Source: Octopus vulgaris
Lineage: Eukaryota
Assembly (NCBI GenBank): GCA_951406725.2
Contig: OX597823.1
Coordinates: 112,158,001-112,222,000, forward strand
Direction: 5' to 3'
Length of the DNA stretch: 64,000 nucleotides
How positions within the stretch are numbered: position 1 is the first letter of the stretch; each line of letters starts with the position of its first letter. A program made the translations under genes and the position numbers. Below the pieces are notes generated by a model that did no database searches, was not told where the DNA came from, and saw only the letters and a list, made by a program, of their open reading frames with translations. This document shows positions 40,082 to 54,229 of the stretch, piece after piece.

Positions 40082-40235
40082 ATTGGTTTCATTATTTGGC
40101 ACAAAGCCAGCAGTTTCGGGGGTAAAGGGTTAAATTGATTACATCGACCCAGTGCCCAACTGATACATATTTTATCAGCCCCGAAAGGATGATAAGCAAA
40201 GTTAACCTTGGCAAAATTAGGACCCAGGACTTAAA
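40082..40235 (-). mobile_element. S4 SINE fragment
   Basis: GATTACATCGACCCAGTG...CCCCGAAAGGATGA...AAAGTTAACCTTGGC. A similar fragment lies at ~28970-29090. Confidence 0.65.
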
Positions 40236-40243
40236 CAGCTTAA

Positions 40244-40435
40244 CCCTTTCGTTACCGTATTTCTGCTGAGATGCTCTGTGTCTCTTTCAATTACTTTAAA
40301 TATGACAAAGAATTTAGTAAAATAATTAGGCTTTCGTTAAGCTAGTGTTAGGAACATAAATTGGGACTAAGGTTTGGTGGAAGATTTTAATTCAAAACTT
40401 ATGAAAACAAAACATTTGTGCTAGAGAGTCAGAGC
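40244..40435. mobile_element. Possible piggyBac-type element left end
   Basis: TTAA-CCCTTTCG terminus; no matching right end found. Confidence 0.35.
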
Positions 40436-40539
40436 TGTATGAACATTTAATGTGGTTTTAGAGTCAAGCTTTGGCTGCTATTTCCAGCGTGGCGGTATCT
40501 CTTAGATACCCTAAATTATAATAATTTAAATATATGTAT

Positions 40540-40813
40540 ATGGCCGTTGCCAGCCTCGCCTGGCCCCCGTGCCGGTGGCACGTAAAAAGCACCATCCGTC
40601 CGTGGCCGTTTGCCCGCCGCCCCGTCTGGCACGTAAAAAGCACCCACTACGCTCACAGAGTGGTTGGCGTTAGGAAGGGCATCCAGCCGTAGAAACATTG
40701 CCAGATCAGACTAGAGCTTGGTGCAGCCTTCTGGCTTCCCAGACCCCAGTTGAACTGTCCAACCCATGCTAGCATGGAAAGCGGATGCTAAATGATGATG
40801 CTGCTGATGATGA

Positions 40814-40816
<3 letters not shown>
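40540..40816 (+). mobile_element. S2 retroposon (young-looking, CpG-rich)
   Basis: GTGCCGGTGGCACGTAAAAAGCACC, GGCACGTAAAAAGCACCC, GTGGTTGGCGTTAGGAAGGGCATCCAGCCGTAGAAAC and a (GAT)n tail. Confidence 0.85.
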
Positions 40817-40860
<44 letters not shown>

Positions 40861-40912
40861 CATATATATATTTATGCATACATACATACATACATATACA
40901 TATATATATATA

Positions 40913-40972
40913 AAAAGGGAAAGTTTACGAAAATAGACAAAAGATGAAGGCAGGTGGAGTACAAACAAACAA
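40913..40972 (-). mobile_element. Family H-A extreme 3' fragment (no ribozyme motif)
   Basis: AAAGGGAAAGTTTACGAAAATAGACAAAAGATGAAGGCAGGTGGAGTACAAACAAAC matches 34535-34592. Flanked by TA. Confidence 0.75.
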
Positions 40973-41566
40973 AATATATACACATACATACATACAGTCT
41001 CCATCTGCCAAATCAACTCACAAGATTTTGGTCAGCATCCACCCATAAAACCCTGCCAAAACAGACATTAGATCTAGGTGCAGTGTTCTGACTAGCCAGC
41101 TCCTGTCCAATTGTCCAACCCATGCCAGCATGGAAAGTGGATCTCAAATGATGATGAGGATGTGTATATATATGTGTGTGTGTGTGTGTGTCTCTGTGTT
41201 TGTGTGTTTGCATTTATCATTCACTACAATTTGACAGCTGGTTTTGGTTTATTTACATCCCTGTAACTTAGAGGTTCAGCAAATGAGGCTAATAAAATAA
41301 ATATTAGATGTAAAAATAATATAAGAAATACTGGGAGTGGTCTGTTCAGCTAAACTGTTCTAGGTAGTGCCCCAGCATGGCCTTAGTGCAACTAAAACAA
41401 GTAAAAAGTATATAAAAGAAACATGTCTTAAATATAAACGTGTGTGGGTGTGTATGCATGCATGTATGTGCTTGCATGTGTGCCTTTGTATGATTATTTG
41501 TTTTGTGTGCATGTGTGTTTACATATCTATGTGTCAATATCTGTGCTTACTCGATATATGCATTGT

Positions 41567-41950
41567 GGGCATGTGTGTGTGTAGGGGGGGCATGTGTGTT
41601 TGTGTGTGGGCATGTGTGTGCATGGGGGGGAATATGTGTGTGTGTGAGTGTGTGTGGCCATATGTGTGTGTGTGGGGGGGGGTGTGTGTGTGTGGACATA
41701 TGTATGTGTGGCCATATGTGTGTGTGGGGGGCATGTGTGTATGTGTGGGCATATGTGTGTGTGCGTTGGCATGTGTGTGGAGGAGGGCATATGTGTGTGT
41801 ATGTGTGGGCATATGTGTGTGTGTGTGGGCATATGTCTGTGTGTGTAGGCATATGTGTGTGTGAGTGTGTGTGTATGTTTGTAGGCATATGTGTGTGTGT
41901 GTGTGTGTGTGGGCATATGTGTGTGTGTGGGCATATGTCTGTGTGTGTGT
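41567..41950 (+). repeat. (GT)n-derived minisatellite, unit ~GTGTGTGGGCATAT
   Basis: Recurrent GGGCATATGTGTGT. Confidence 0.85.
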
Positions 41951-44900
41951 GTTTGGTTATATATCAGCTTATCTATAAAATTGTATGTGTGTCTGTCAGA
42001 AATTGTGTAAGAATCTGTGCCTGTGTGTCTGTGTCTATGCGCATATAATAAAACTCTTTCAAATATTGAACCGAAAAATTAACCGCAAAAATAAAAAATG
42101 GAAATTTTAAAAGACACTAAATAAATCAAACCATGAATACATATTTTTTTTTATTAGAATTCAACCGTAAAATGTTTGTTCTGCTGAATACAGAATAGAG
42201 GAGGAGGTTAAGGGTCGTTGAGTGGAGTAGATGGGGGGGGGTAGTAAGAGTATTTTTGATAAAAGATTATCTTCAAGGAAAGACATAAAGATGAGGTGGA
42301 GAAGGACTTGGGAGATAAAGATTAAAAGAGGAAGAAGGAAAATGAGGAAGACGGCGGGGAGGAGAATAGAGAAGTGAGCAAAATAAAGATAAAGGGGTTA
42401 AGAAAAAAAAGGGGAAGAATAAAAGAGTAATAGAGAATGGTGGTGCTGATGGTGGTGGTAGTGGATGTGGGAGGTTTAAAGGAAATACAGCGTTAAATTG
42501 GTAAATCTTTAAGGAATTTCATTGAAAGAGACCCTTCTCAGAATGCAGATGAGAATCAGCAGAGAAGGAAGATGGGAGAGAGTATGTGAGAGAGGCAGAG
42601 AAGGAGAATGCAAATGCGGGCGACGAGATGGAAAGAAATCGATAAATGCATCAAAGTAAAATAAAATTTATAAAGCGATAACAACAATAACAATAACAGT
42701 AACAACAACAACAACAAATTTTTAACAGAAGTAAATACAAATTATAAATAAGAATAAAAATGTGATTAAATAGAAAAGAAATTTAAAGAGCCGTATAATA
42801 TATTTTACTCAAGTGGTTTAAAGTAAACTGGGAGGGAAAAAAATGGATGAAATATAAAATAAATGATACATAAACAAATTTTCAATGAAATTTCAAAGAA
42901 TTTAAGTGAGATAAAATAAATAAAACATGAGGAAGAAGTGTAGAAGGGAGGATTTGACAAACGAGAGAAAATAAAGATAACAGAAAAGAAAGAAATATAT
43001 ATAAAAAGGGTAAAAAATATAAATAGCAAAGTGATGGGAAATAAGAATAGGAGGACTAAATAACAAAGATAAATATTTAAATCTGAAAGTAAAGACATAA
43101 AAATAAAGAAAAGCAAAGGAAAAGACTATAAAAACATGTTTGTTTATTTGTTTATTAATCTATATATTTAGCAAGTGATCAATTAATCTATCAATCTATC
43201 TATTTAGCAAATAATCCACTTTTCTCTCTCACTCTCTCTTATATATATATATAGTGTGTGTGTGTGTGTGTGTGGTTGGACATGTGTGTATATGTAAATT
43301 AGTATCTGCACCTATGTATGTGTATATGGATGTATGTAATATGTATACATGCATGTGTGCATGTATATCAGTTGTGCATGTGTGCATGTATATCATGTGC
43401 TCATGCACATGTGTGCATGAGCAGAAATATAAGTGTGTATGAAACTTATAAGCATGGTATTATGGTTGAAAAGTCTACCCTATAATCATGATGGCATGGG
43501 TACCCTCCCACAGTGTTCCACCCCACTAGTTGGGTGAAACAGAGTGGACAGAAGGTAAGTCGAAGCTTGTTGGATAACCTGCACCCACCTGCAATGGAAA
43601 GGACCAGCTTTGTCACACATTATGTCACTATGACTCAGGCAAGCAATAGTGTTAAAGGTACGTATGTCTATGAAATACTCAACCATATGCACTTTAATTC
43701 TGTGTGTAAGTAGTTCAATAGACTGAACTACTGGAATACACACTGTGGAAACGGACAAAAATCCATGTATTTTATGTTAATATTTGTATGAGTACATGAA
43801 TGAATGAATGAATACATACATGTGTATGTATGTATGTATGTATGTATGTATGTATATTGTTTTGAATTTGCTTGGCACAATTCTTACTGTGAAAGTTTAT
43901 CATCAATAGGACTCCAAATTCAATGACGTGATTGATTATCAGATCAACTGATAGATTGATCAATTGACTGCTCATTTGATTAATCAACCAGTTAATAACT
44001 TTGGTTGTTTTATTTATCAAATTGCTTAAAAATAACAAAAGGAAGTGAAATTTAACCAGTGAATGTGTTTTATTAGCAAAATTACCGTCTCAAGATAAAA
44101 ATAACAAATATGACACCCACATTTTTTTTCTCATTACATATGTGTATGTGAGGGCACTTGTGTGTGTGTGTATTATAATACGCTAATAGCTAACTAAAGT
44201 ACAACACATAATGTAATACCTGTTGGGTGGGTCTCTGTTTTCACATACATGTGTATCCTAGTTCACATAAACATCAAAATGTCATTCGAATGATAGAGCC
44301 CTACACTTAACCACAGGTGTCCTGTTTCTTTTCCCCACTTATACAACAGTCTCCTCTCCTCTTAATTACTTGTCACACATTTATCTTTTTCCTGAACCAA
44401 CAGGTAAACCTTTAATATGGTCACGCATCTTCCAAGAAATAACAACCATATCTCCCTTAAATCACACCCTACAATCTTAAAACTAGATGTGTCACATTTT
44501 ATAAAGCAGCCCAGAGTAATAGGGCAAGAGAAAAAGATGAGACAGTAATGACTGAAAGTTCGTTAACCACCAATCTGTTTAATCAAGCCTTGACTTGGGT
44601 CTAAACAAACAACAGCAATCCCAACTTCTACTTTTCATCTCATTAAGTGAAACCCTCCAATCCTTCTTCCACAGGATTGACCACCCACTGGAATTCCCCC
44701 CTGACCAATCTGAAACTGAAAATATAGTGACTTGATCTCACTTGTCTCGTGTCATAAAAAAGTTAACGACATTCTACTACCACATGCTTCACTAATTAAA
44801 CATCAAAGGCGTCATCCATATTAACATCTGAGCTGCTAGGAATAGCAACCAAATTTACCTTAAGTTAGGCATTAGTATCTTGAAAAGGTAAAAACTCATA

Positions 44901-45027
44901 GAGTAGTGCTGGTGGAAATATCCCCAGTGTGAAAGTAAGATGAGATGGTCATTGGTGAAATACTTTTGATCATAGCTCTGTTCAGTCTGAACAGACCTGG
45001 GGCTAAGCAATAAAAATTAATAACCCA

Positions 45028-45060
<33 letters not shown>

Positions 45061-45283
45061 TGTATGTATGTATGTATGTATATATGTATGTATATATGTA
45101 TGTATATATGTATGTTTGTATGTATGTATGTACGTATGTATGCATGCATGTATGTACATATGTATGCATGCATGTATGTACGTATGTATGTATGTATGTA
45201 TGTATGAGCATGCATATAGTTCTTTCTGGCTATCTAACTCTATCATTTATCTATGTATCTATCTATTTACATGAATGTATGTA

Positions 45284-45323
<40 letters not shown>

Positions 45324-47639
45324 AAAACGGAAAGAACAAATACAAAAGAAAGATGGAAACAAGTGAAAAACAAATACATAAATTAAATGACAAAAGATAT
45401 AGAAATAAATGTATAAAAATGTATAAAGAAGTCAAGAATATAAAAGATGGTGATATATAGAATGAAAGATAGAGAGAGATAGTATGGGAGAGTTGATTGA
45501 AAGAAGCTCTTCTTATACAATTAAATAAAATAAATAAATACAGAAATATTTGCAAAGAAGAGAAAATATAAAACATGGAAAATAATTGTGTAAAGCAATG
45601 TTTTCAAAATAAAAAAAAAAGCTAAATAAAAGAAGGGAAATTGTAGATATCACCACAAAATATAACAACAAACATGCATAGAGAGAAAGGAAGACAGATA
45701 TGAAAACACCGGATGTTAAAATAAAGGGGAAAAAATTTGATAAAAGCAAAAGATAACTAAAGTTGACAAATACAGACAAATAAATGGATAAGAAATGATA
45801 AAAATAAGGATAATAATAATATAATAATGATAATAAGAAAGAAGAACATAATAATAAGGACAATAATAATAATAATGTTGTAATGTTGTAATAATAATAG
45901 TAATAAAATATAAATATTAGGCTGGAAATAGCTGAAAAGAAAGAAAAAATATGAGTAAAAAGTATATTTAAAATGGAAGAAAAACAAAGTTGAGTGTCTC
46001 TTTAGTTAAACGCGATACGAGAATAGAAATTGACAAGAAAATTGAGAGTTTTAAGGAGATTTAAGTTGAAACAAAATTTGATTTATGTCTGCCAGCCATT
46101 TTGTTTAGAAAAAGCAAAACAAATGAAAAATGAAAAATGAATAAAAGAGTAAAAATAAATTTTGTTTGTTTATTTTTCCCCCTTTAACCACAAATTGAAT
46201 GTTTGTCTCAATAGAATTACGAAGGGGGGAAAAAGGAGAAGAAGAAAAACAGGAGGAAGGCGAGAGTGATGAAGGAGAAGACGACAAGATGGAACTGTAA
46301 GATGAAAAGATTGAATAAAAGAAGGAAAAAATAAAATGTTTGTAAAATTAATACAAGATCTTTCCTGTTTACTTTATGTTCGTTTTGCTTATTTTTGTTT
46401 AGTTTTAAATTTATTTGTGCTTTTAAAATATTCTATATCTTGTTTTTTTTTTAGTCTTTGTTGTAAATGTTTTCTCCATTTTTGTAGTTCTTTTTACTTG
46501 ATCCTTAAACTTATACATTTTTATTTATACTCGTGTGTTTATACATGCTTACATAATACCAACACACATGTACAGACGTACATACATCTGTACATATACA
46601 TATGTGTGCGTTTGTGTGTGTGTGTGGTTATATACTTACGCATACATGTATACATATGTTTATGTATGTATAATATATATATATATGTGTGTGTATGAAT
46701 ATGGTTATGCAATTGTGCACACTTACACATACATGTGTATAATGTCAGGAAGTGTCATTATTCTTAATTTAAATGTTTATTTACACTTGGTAAAGACAGT
46801 AAGAGCATGTGTGTGTGTGTGTGTGTGTGTGAGTGTGTGTATGTGCACATGTCTGTGTGTGTATACAAATATAACAATATATATACAAGTATATATATGT
46901 GTGTGCATATATGTACGTATATATATATATATGTATGTATGTATATACATATATATATATATATGTATGTGTATATATATATTTCATATTTATGTATAAA
47001 CATATATACGTCTATATACATGTGTGTGTATGCATGTGTGTGTGTGTATTCTTATACACACACACACACACACACACACACAACAGAGTCACTCAGTTAT
47101 TGTTGACCCATAAGTAAGGCAGGATTTTAACATGCTTTATATAAGGAAACCATGAAACATTTCTGAGACACACATACATTCATCTCTCTCGCTATTTCCT
47201 TCCCCTTCATTCTTCTTCCAAATCTTTTTCGTTTTCCTTCTTTTCTTCTTTGTCTTGTTCTTCTTTTACATTTTTTCCATTCTTTTTATTTAAATTTTTT
47301 TTTTTCTATTTTTGACAAAATTTTCCTTTCTTTTTTTTTCTTTTCTTTTCTTTTCTTTTCCTTCACAATTTCACTTTTATTCCTGTGTTTATTTAACTAT
47401 TAATGGACTTTCTTATTTATTGATATTATTTATTTAACTATTAATATATTTGTTTATGGTTTGTTATTTGTTTAGTTAGGTTTTAATCTCAGACTTTAAT
47501 CTCTATAATGTTTCCAGTTTGGCAGATTAACAGGAAATTAATGAAATCATTATAAACATGTTTTTCTATCTTGTTAATTTATCAATTAATTTGGTTTTCT
47601 TCTATTTCTTTCTCTTCCTTCTGTCTCCTCTTCTACCCA

Positions 47640-47958
47640 CCTTCTTCTTCTTCTTCTTCTTCACCTCCTTCCTCTTCTTTTTCTTCTTCTTCTTTTCTTC
47701 TCTCTTCCTCCTCCTCCCCCACCTCTTCTTCATCTTCTCCTTCTTCTTCTCCTCCTTCTTCATCTTCATCTTCTTCGTCTTCTTCTTCTCCTTCTTCTTT
47801 TTCTTCATCATCTTCTTCTTCTTCTTCCTCCTCCTCCCCCTCCTCTCCTTCATCTCCTTCTTCTTCATCTTCTCCTCCTTCTTCATCTTCTTCTTCTCCC
47901 TCTTCTCGTTCTTCTTCTTCTTCTTCTTCTTCTTCTTCCTCCTCCTCCTCCTCCTCCC
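47640..47958 (+). repeat. (TTC/TCC)n tract
   Basis: Directly visible. Confidence 0.9.
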
Positions 47959-48707
47959 ATGTATTTTTTAAAAATTCATTTCTAAATCTTACATTGTCAT
48001 CTAGAGCTTCTTTGAAGTGGTTGCCACCACCATCACCACCATCACCACCATCGCTACCATCACCACCATCACCACTACTCATCTCCCATTCTCCTTTAGA
48101 ATCTCTTCATATTACAGCAACAAAATGAGAACTGCTGACGATCTTCCTTCATAGGCCAAAGTGCAATTAATTTAAGTCTTGGGGGTCAATCGAAAGACCC
48201 TAAAGTTGCCTAGAATATGACACAAGAATTACTCCGAAATCCTGATAAGCATTTGGGGTGATTCTGCATTATAAGAGATAACAAAACTATTATGTAATAA
48301 CTGTCAAAAGATGATGTTAGTAGTGGGAGTTGTGGATGGTTATGTAGCTGGGCGGCAGAAATAACAAAAAATGGGGTTGAAAGATCAAATCTATCAGACC
48401 ATCTAGCTTCAGGTGGGAAAGCTGGCTCGCATCAACATCATTGTCATCTTCATCACGGCTACCACCACTGCCAGCACCAGCACACCCAACAAAATTGCCA
48501 CCACCACCACTATCACCACTACTATCACTACCACCATCATCACCACCACCATCACCACCATCATCATCATCATCAACATGGTTAAACTTCATCATTCTCA
48601 AATACATCTTATTTCTCCAGCATTTTTTGCTTCTCCCTCTTTTTCCTCCTCCTCTTCCTCATTCTTCTTCTTTCATTTCTCTTACATTGATATTACCCCT
48701 AATTCTC

Positions 48708-49100
48708 CTGTGGTAAGTAGCTTGCTTACCAGCCACATGGTTTCGGGTTCAGTCCCGCTGCATGGCACCTTGGGCAAGTGTCTTCTACTATAGCCTCGGG
48801 CCGACCAAAGCCTTGTAAGTGGATTTGGTAGACAGAAACTGAAAGAAGCCATTCGTATATATGTATATGTATATATATGTGTATGTGTGTTTGTGTGTGT
48901 GTGTGCTTGTCCCCACCCCAATATCGTTTGACAACCGATGCTGGTGTGTTTATGTGCCCATAACTTAGCGGTTCAGCAAAAGAGATCAATAGAATAAGTA
49001 CTAGGCTTACAAAGAATAAGTCCTGGGGTTGATTTGTTCAGTTAAAGGCGGTGCTCCAGCATGGCCACAGTCAAAGGATTGAAACAAGTAAAAGACTAAA
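48708..49100 (+). mobile_element. Near full-length S1 SINE
   Basis: TGTGGTAAGTAGCTTGC...GGTTCAGTCCC...GGCACCTTGGGCAAGTG...GGCGGTGCTCCAGCATGGCCACAGTC...GAAACAAGTAAAAGA. Confidence 0.9.
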
Positions 49101-49239
49101 AAAGTATACTACAGTATACTAACTAAATGGCATCTAAGTTTCAAAATCTTTCAATGTTCTGCTACTCTTGAAAATTTCAACATCAATAATGATAATAATT
49201 ATAATAACAACAACAATAGCAACAACAACAACAAATAGA

Positions 49240-49800
49240 GGAGTAGGATAGCTATGGAAATCCAAGCTGAATGGTGGGTATCTCATTAGAGGTGTCAATT
49301 CTTGGGCTGTAGGTATAGTATGTTACTGCAGAGGAGTTACGGAACTGACAAAAGAACTGGTCAACATGGATAGAAAAACTAGGAAGATAATGACTATGAT
49401 GGCTATGCATGGGTACCTTCATACAAGAAGTAATGTAGCAAGATTTTACGTACCTAGGAAGGAGTTGGGAGTGGATTGGTTCGAATAGAAGATAGTGTTG
49501 GGAAGGAGATGAAGCCCTCGAATGTCGATCTGAAGAAAAATGATGAAAGAATGTTGCAAGCTGCATTGAGTGAGAAGGTGATCAGTGACAATGGTGAGAC
49601 CCCCCAGAAGCACAACTTGTGAGCTAATAGAGAAAAGATTATCGACAGGAAAGAGAAAGTCTTACACAGCAAGTTTTTCCAGCAAACTTCAGATTAAGCT
49701 GGGTTAACACATGTTTTTTTTAAAGTAAGTGATAGAAGGATTGATTCTTGCTGCTCAAAACAAGCATTACAAACTAATACAGTCAAGTGTAGCATTGACA
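49240..49800 (+). pseudogene. Decayed R4/Dong-like (RLE-type) non-LTR element fragment
   Basis: Translation MDRKTRKIMT...HGYLHTRSNVARFYVPRKE-G-GL, then KEKVLHSKF and IEGLILAAQ..ALQTN. These match the DRKTRK..LH...RLY.PRK.GGRGL / LHG / EG.I.AAQDQ motifs of this clade. Confidence 0.75.
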
Positions 49801-50841
49801 AGGCAGGCATATTTAAGAGGACTGTACACTTCTGCTTTCTTGCTTTTCTTCTTGACTATTCATGAGTCAAATGGACGTGCAACATGAATTTCAGAGCACA
49901 TGTGGCTTACTGCTACTTATTGCTGTTCATTCTGCTCAAGTACCTGGTCCACTCAAATTATCTGAATGAATGACAACTCAAAATAATGGGACTAAATTAT
50001 GAAAAATTCACAAACAAGCTTAACAAATATGTATTCCCATCATCAGCTGCCAAACAAATATCACTATGATTTCAACAACTTGAGCAATAACATTCAATTC
50101 AGTGATGTCAACATTAAACATAAATGCTGCCTGTGAATCAGTAGTAATCAGCAAAAGCAAAACATTAGTACAGTATGTCAATTCTGCCAGCACCTGCATA
50201 TTACTACAGGCAACATCAAATTAAACAGTATTAACTTATAGTTACAAAACAGTTTCTATAAAACAAGGAATTTACTCCCAGAAATGACAATGTAATCCTC
50301 AGATCTTAATATAAAGGAACAACTGAACTTATATCAAAGAAAAACTATTCAGTCTCTAATATTCACCATGATAAGACCAACCCAAAGAACATGAGACCAA
50401 AAACTTAAAACATGTAGAAAATACAGTGAACATGGACTACTAGACATGTTGCTTCTCAATCTATATCACACCACAAATGTGATACCACACCAAAAACAAG
50501 TTTGATAGAAACTAATGGAACAGTATATCCTATAACCAACATTGTTGAACAACGCACAAGGAAAAAGACAGACATAGATCGATATCTATAAAATATGTTC
50601 AACATTATGAAATAAATTAACCAAATTGACATCATGTAATGGCTGTAAATAAGCTTCGTAAATGAACAAAAAATGTTCTTCGTTTCCAGTTTTCTCTGAA
50701 GAACACGTCTGGCCATGGGGAAATATTACCTTGCTTATAAAATAACTGATGAGTGTGGGTAACAGGAAGGGCACCTGGCTGTAGAAAATCTGCCTCAACA
50801 GTTTCCTGATCCATGTAAGCATAGAAAAGTGAATGCTAGAT

Positions 50842-51230
50842 TATGATGATGATGATGACGATGATGGTGTCAACGATATTGACAACGATGATGACAACAA
50901 CAACAATGATGAGGACAATGACAACGGAGGCGATGATGATGATGATGATGATGATGGTGATGACGATGATGCCGATGACTATGATGATGATAATGACAAC
51001 AAAGACAACAATGATGACGGCAATAACGACGATGAGGATGATGACAACAACAAGGATGATGACAATAACAACGGAGGCGATGACAATGATGATGATGATG
51101 ATGATGATGACGATGATGATGATGACTATGATGCTGCTGCTCACAACAATGACAACGATGATGACGACGATAACGACGACGATGATGGTGATGATGTTGA
51201 TGACAACAACGATGACGAGGGTGATGATGA
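50842..51230 (+). repeat. (GAT/GAC/AAC)n cryptic triplet tract grown from an S2-like tail (50745-50850)
   Basis: Begins directly after GGAAGGGCACCTGGCTGTAGAAA...GCATAGAAAAGTGAATGCTA. Confidence 0.8.
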
Positions 51231-51995
51231 AATAAACCCCATAATGAAATAAACATCGGGATCAGCATAGATGGCTAAAATATCTTTGAAAGTGATGTCT
51301 TAGCATGGCCACAGTGCAACGACTGAAATGGAATCAGAGAAGGAAAGAACATCACTTATCTTTTGCTGATTCCTTGCTGAAACAGTTCCATCTTCTCTGC
51401 CTTATATTCATTCCATTTCTCAATATCATCACAAATTGTGGACACAGAAAGGAAAAAATAATAACGCAACAGATAAAATAAGCTGAGAATACGAATAGAA
51501 GAAAAGTAAGAAAAAGAAATGAAAGTAAAAAAAAAACAGTAAAACAAATATATATAACAAACACTAAAACAAAAAAAAAGAAGTTTATTGACGCTATTTC
51601 TTATTTCATTATTGGGCCCTGGATGTGATTTACAGGATTTGTGGACAGCTGGACATTTCTATTGGTTGGTAATCATTGGCAACATGTGACTTTTTCCTAT
51701 TTTCAGAATAAAATCTGCAGTTAGCTCCCTTATTATATAATCATATTCTTTGTTTTCACTTCCATTTTGTGCCTACTTTCACTTTGTCTCCCTCTCTCTC
51801 TCTCGCTCTCTCGGTCAGTGTCTCTTTCTCTTTTTCTTTCTCTCTTTCTCTCTCTCTCACTTTCTCAATTCTTTTCTGCTATCTCATTATCACACACTGT
51901 AATCATGTATATATATTTATATATTTCTTTTCCAGTCTATTAATCTATTGATTTGGGATTTTTGTATGTATATATAAATATATATATATACATAC

Positions 51996-52027
<32 letters not shown>

Positions 52028-52043
52028 GTATATATGTATTTAT

Positions 52044-52082
<39 letters not shown>

Positions 52083-52109
52083 AGTATATATATATATATA
52101 TATATATAA

Positions 52110-52149
<40 letters not shown>

Positions 52150-52530
52150 TCACATATACATAAACACACACACATAAATATATAGATATATATGTATGTC
52201 TGTATCTATATATATACAAATATATGTTTGTGTGTGATTGGGTTGTATATACCATACTTGTTCATGTATAAATGCAAGTAATTTAATAAAGAACACCAGG
52301 ATCAAAACCAGGCAGGGCTAGTGTTACCTGCAATGTGAAAATATTGCAGAAAATTATACAATACAAAAGTATAAAATTTATTAATTCTTAGGAACAGAAA
52401 CTGGATACTGCATTGCATCTGAGATCACACTGCATTTGTATAAACATATGATATATATATATATACATATTTTATATACATATATATATATGTGTGCGTG
52501 TGTCTATGTATATATATATATACATATATA

Positions 52531-52734
52531 GTTAATCCAAACAAGAAAGCACAAGAAGACACAACAACACAAGGACGTGGAACAAATATAGTATTACTGG
52601 ACGCTCAGGAAATAAAGGAAAGAAGGAAGGTTTAACGTTTCGAGCGGAGCTCTTCGTCGGAAACATAGGAGAAGGAAAGATCCAGAGAAGGGAAGACAGA
52701 GGAAAAAAATTGCCAACGGTACACACGCGGTTAC
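52531..52734 (-). mobile_element. Family H-B element with hammerhead-like motif, in (TA)n
   Basis: Reverse-complement homolog of 10673-10851; TA tracts on both sides. Confidence 0.7.
52630..52664 (-). ncRNA. Minimal type-I hammerhead ribozyme-like motif, U4C core variant
   Basis: Reverse complement: GTTT-CCGACGA-A-GAGC-TCC-GCTC-GAAAC-GTT-AAAC. Perfect stems I and II, ACGT palindrome, GUU site. Confidence 0.65.
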
Positions 52735-52754
52735 ATATATATATATATATTTAT

Positions 52755-52799
<45 letters not shown>

Positions 52800-52857
52800 G
52801 TAGAAATGCACAAATCCAGAGGAGAAGCACCATGCTCTAAGATATGGAGCAGTTAAT

Positions 52858-53164
52858 AATATAGTGGGGTTACACAGGGTTTGTCGCTCATAAGGAGTTT
52901 AGCCTTACAGCGTATCTTCAAACTCCAAACACTCCTGGGCTGAAACCTCTTTAAAATATGGAGTGGGAAAAAAAAACTCATTATGGCCAAAGATAGATGA
53001 ACAATGGCAAAACACCTAGGGTTTTACTTTTAAAACGTGGTTCTTTCCCACCCATAATTTATAGAGGTCTCAAGGCTAGCAATGTTTGGGGTCAGAAAAT
53101 ACACAATAAGGCTAAACCTCTTTTGAGCAAGAAACCCAGGGTAACCACATAGACTGGCCTACCC

Positions 53165-53172
<8 letters not shown>
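52858..53172. mobile_element. Degenerate foldback/MITE with ~110-bp imperfect inverted arms
   Basis: TATAGTGGGGT...GTTTAGCCTTA...CCAAACA...ACCTCT...GTGGGAAA is mirrored at 53043-53172. Confidence 0.55.
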
Positions 53173-53203
<31 letters not shown>

Positions 53204-53204
<1 letters not shown>

Positions 53205-53607
53205 AGGCATGGCTGTGTGGTAAGAAGCTTGCTTGCTTCACAACCACATGGATTTGGGTTCAGTCTCCCTGCATAGCACCTTGGACAAGTGTTTTCTACT
53301 ATAGCTCCAGGTTGACCAATGCCTTGTGAGTGGATTTGGTAGGGAGAAACTGAAAGAAGCCCATTGTATGAGTGTGTATATATATTTGAATATCTATGTG
53401 TGTGTGATTTTATGTCTGTGTTTGTCCCCACCACTTCCACCCCTTGACAACCGGTCTTGGTATGCTTATGTTCCCATAGGTTAGGGGTTCGGCAAAAGAG
53501 ACTGATAAAATAAGTACTGGGCTTTAAAAATAAGTATTGGGATCAATACATGACGGTGCTCCAGCATGGCCTCTTCTAATGAATGAAACAAGTTAAAGAT
53601 GAAAGAT
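53204..53607 (+). mobile_element. S1 SINE, diverged
   Basis: CAGGCATGGCTGTGTGGTAAG head through GGTGCTCCAGCATGGCC...GAAACAAG tail. Confidence 0.8.
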
Positions 53608-53671
53608 AATGATCCCATGTGTATGTGTGTGTGTGTGTGCGACCATCAACACCACCACCACCACCACCACT

Positions 53672-54058
<387 letters not shown>

Positions 54059-54181
54059 TATATGTATACATACATATATATATATATATGTATACATATA
54101 TATATATATATACATATATACATATATATATATATACATATATATATGTATACATATATATATATATATATACATATATAC

Positions 54182-54212
<31 letters not shown>

Positions 54213-54229
54213 CATATATACATATATAT

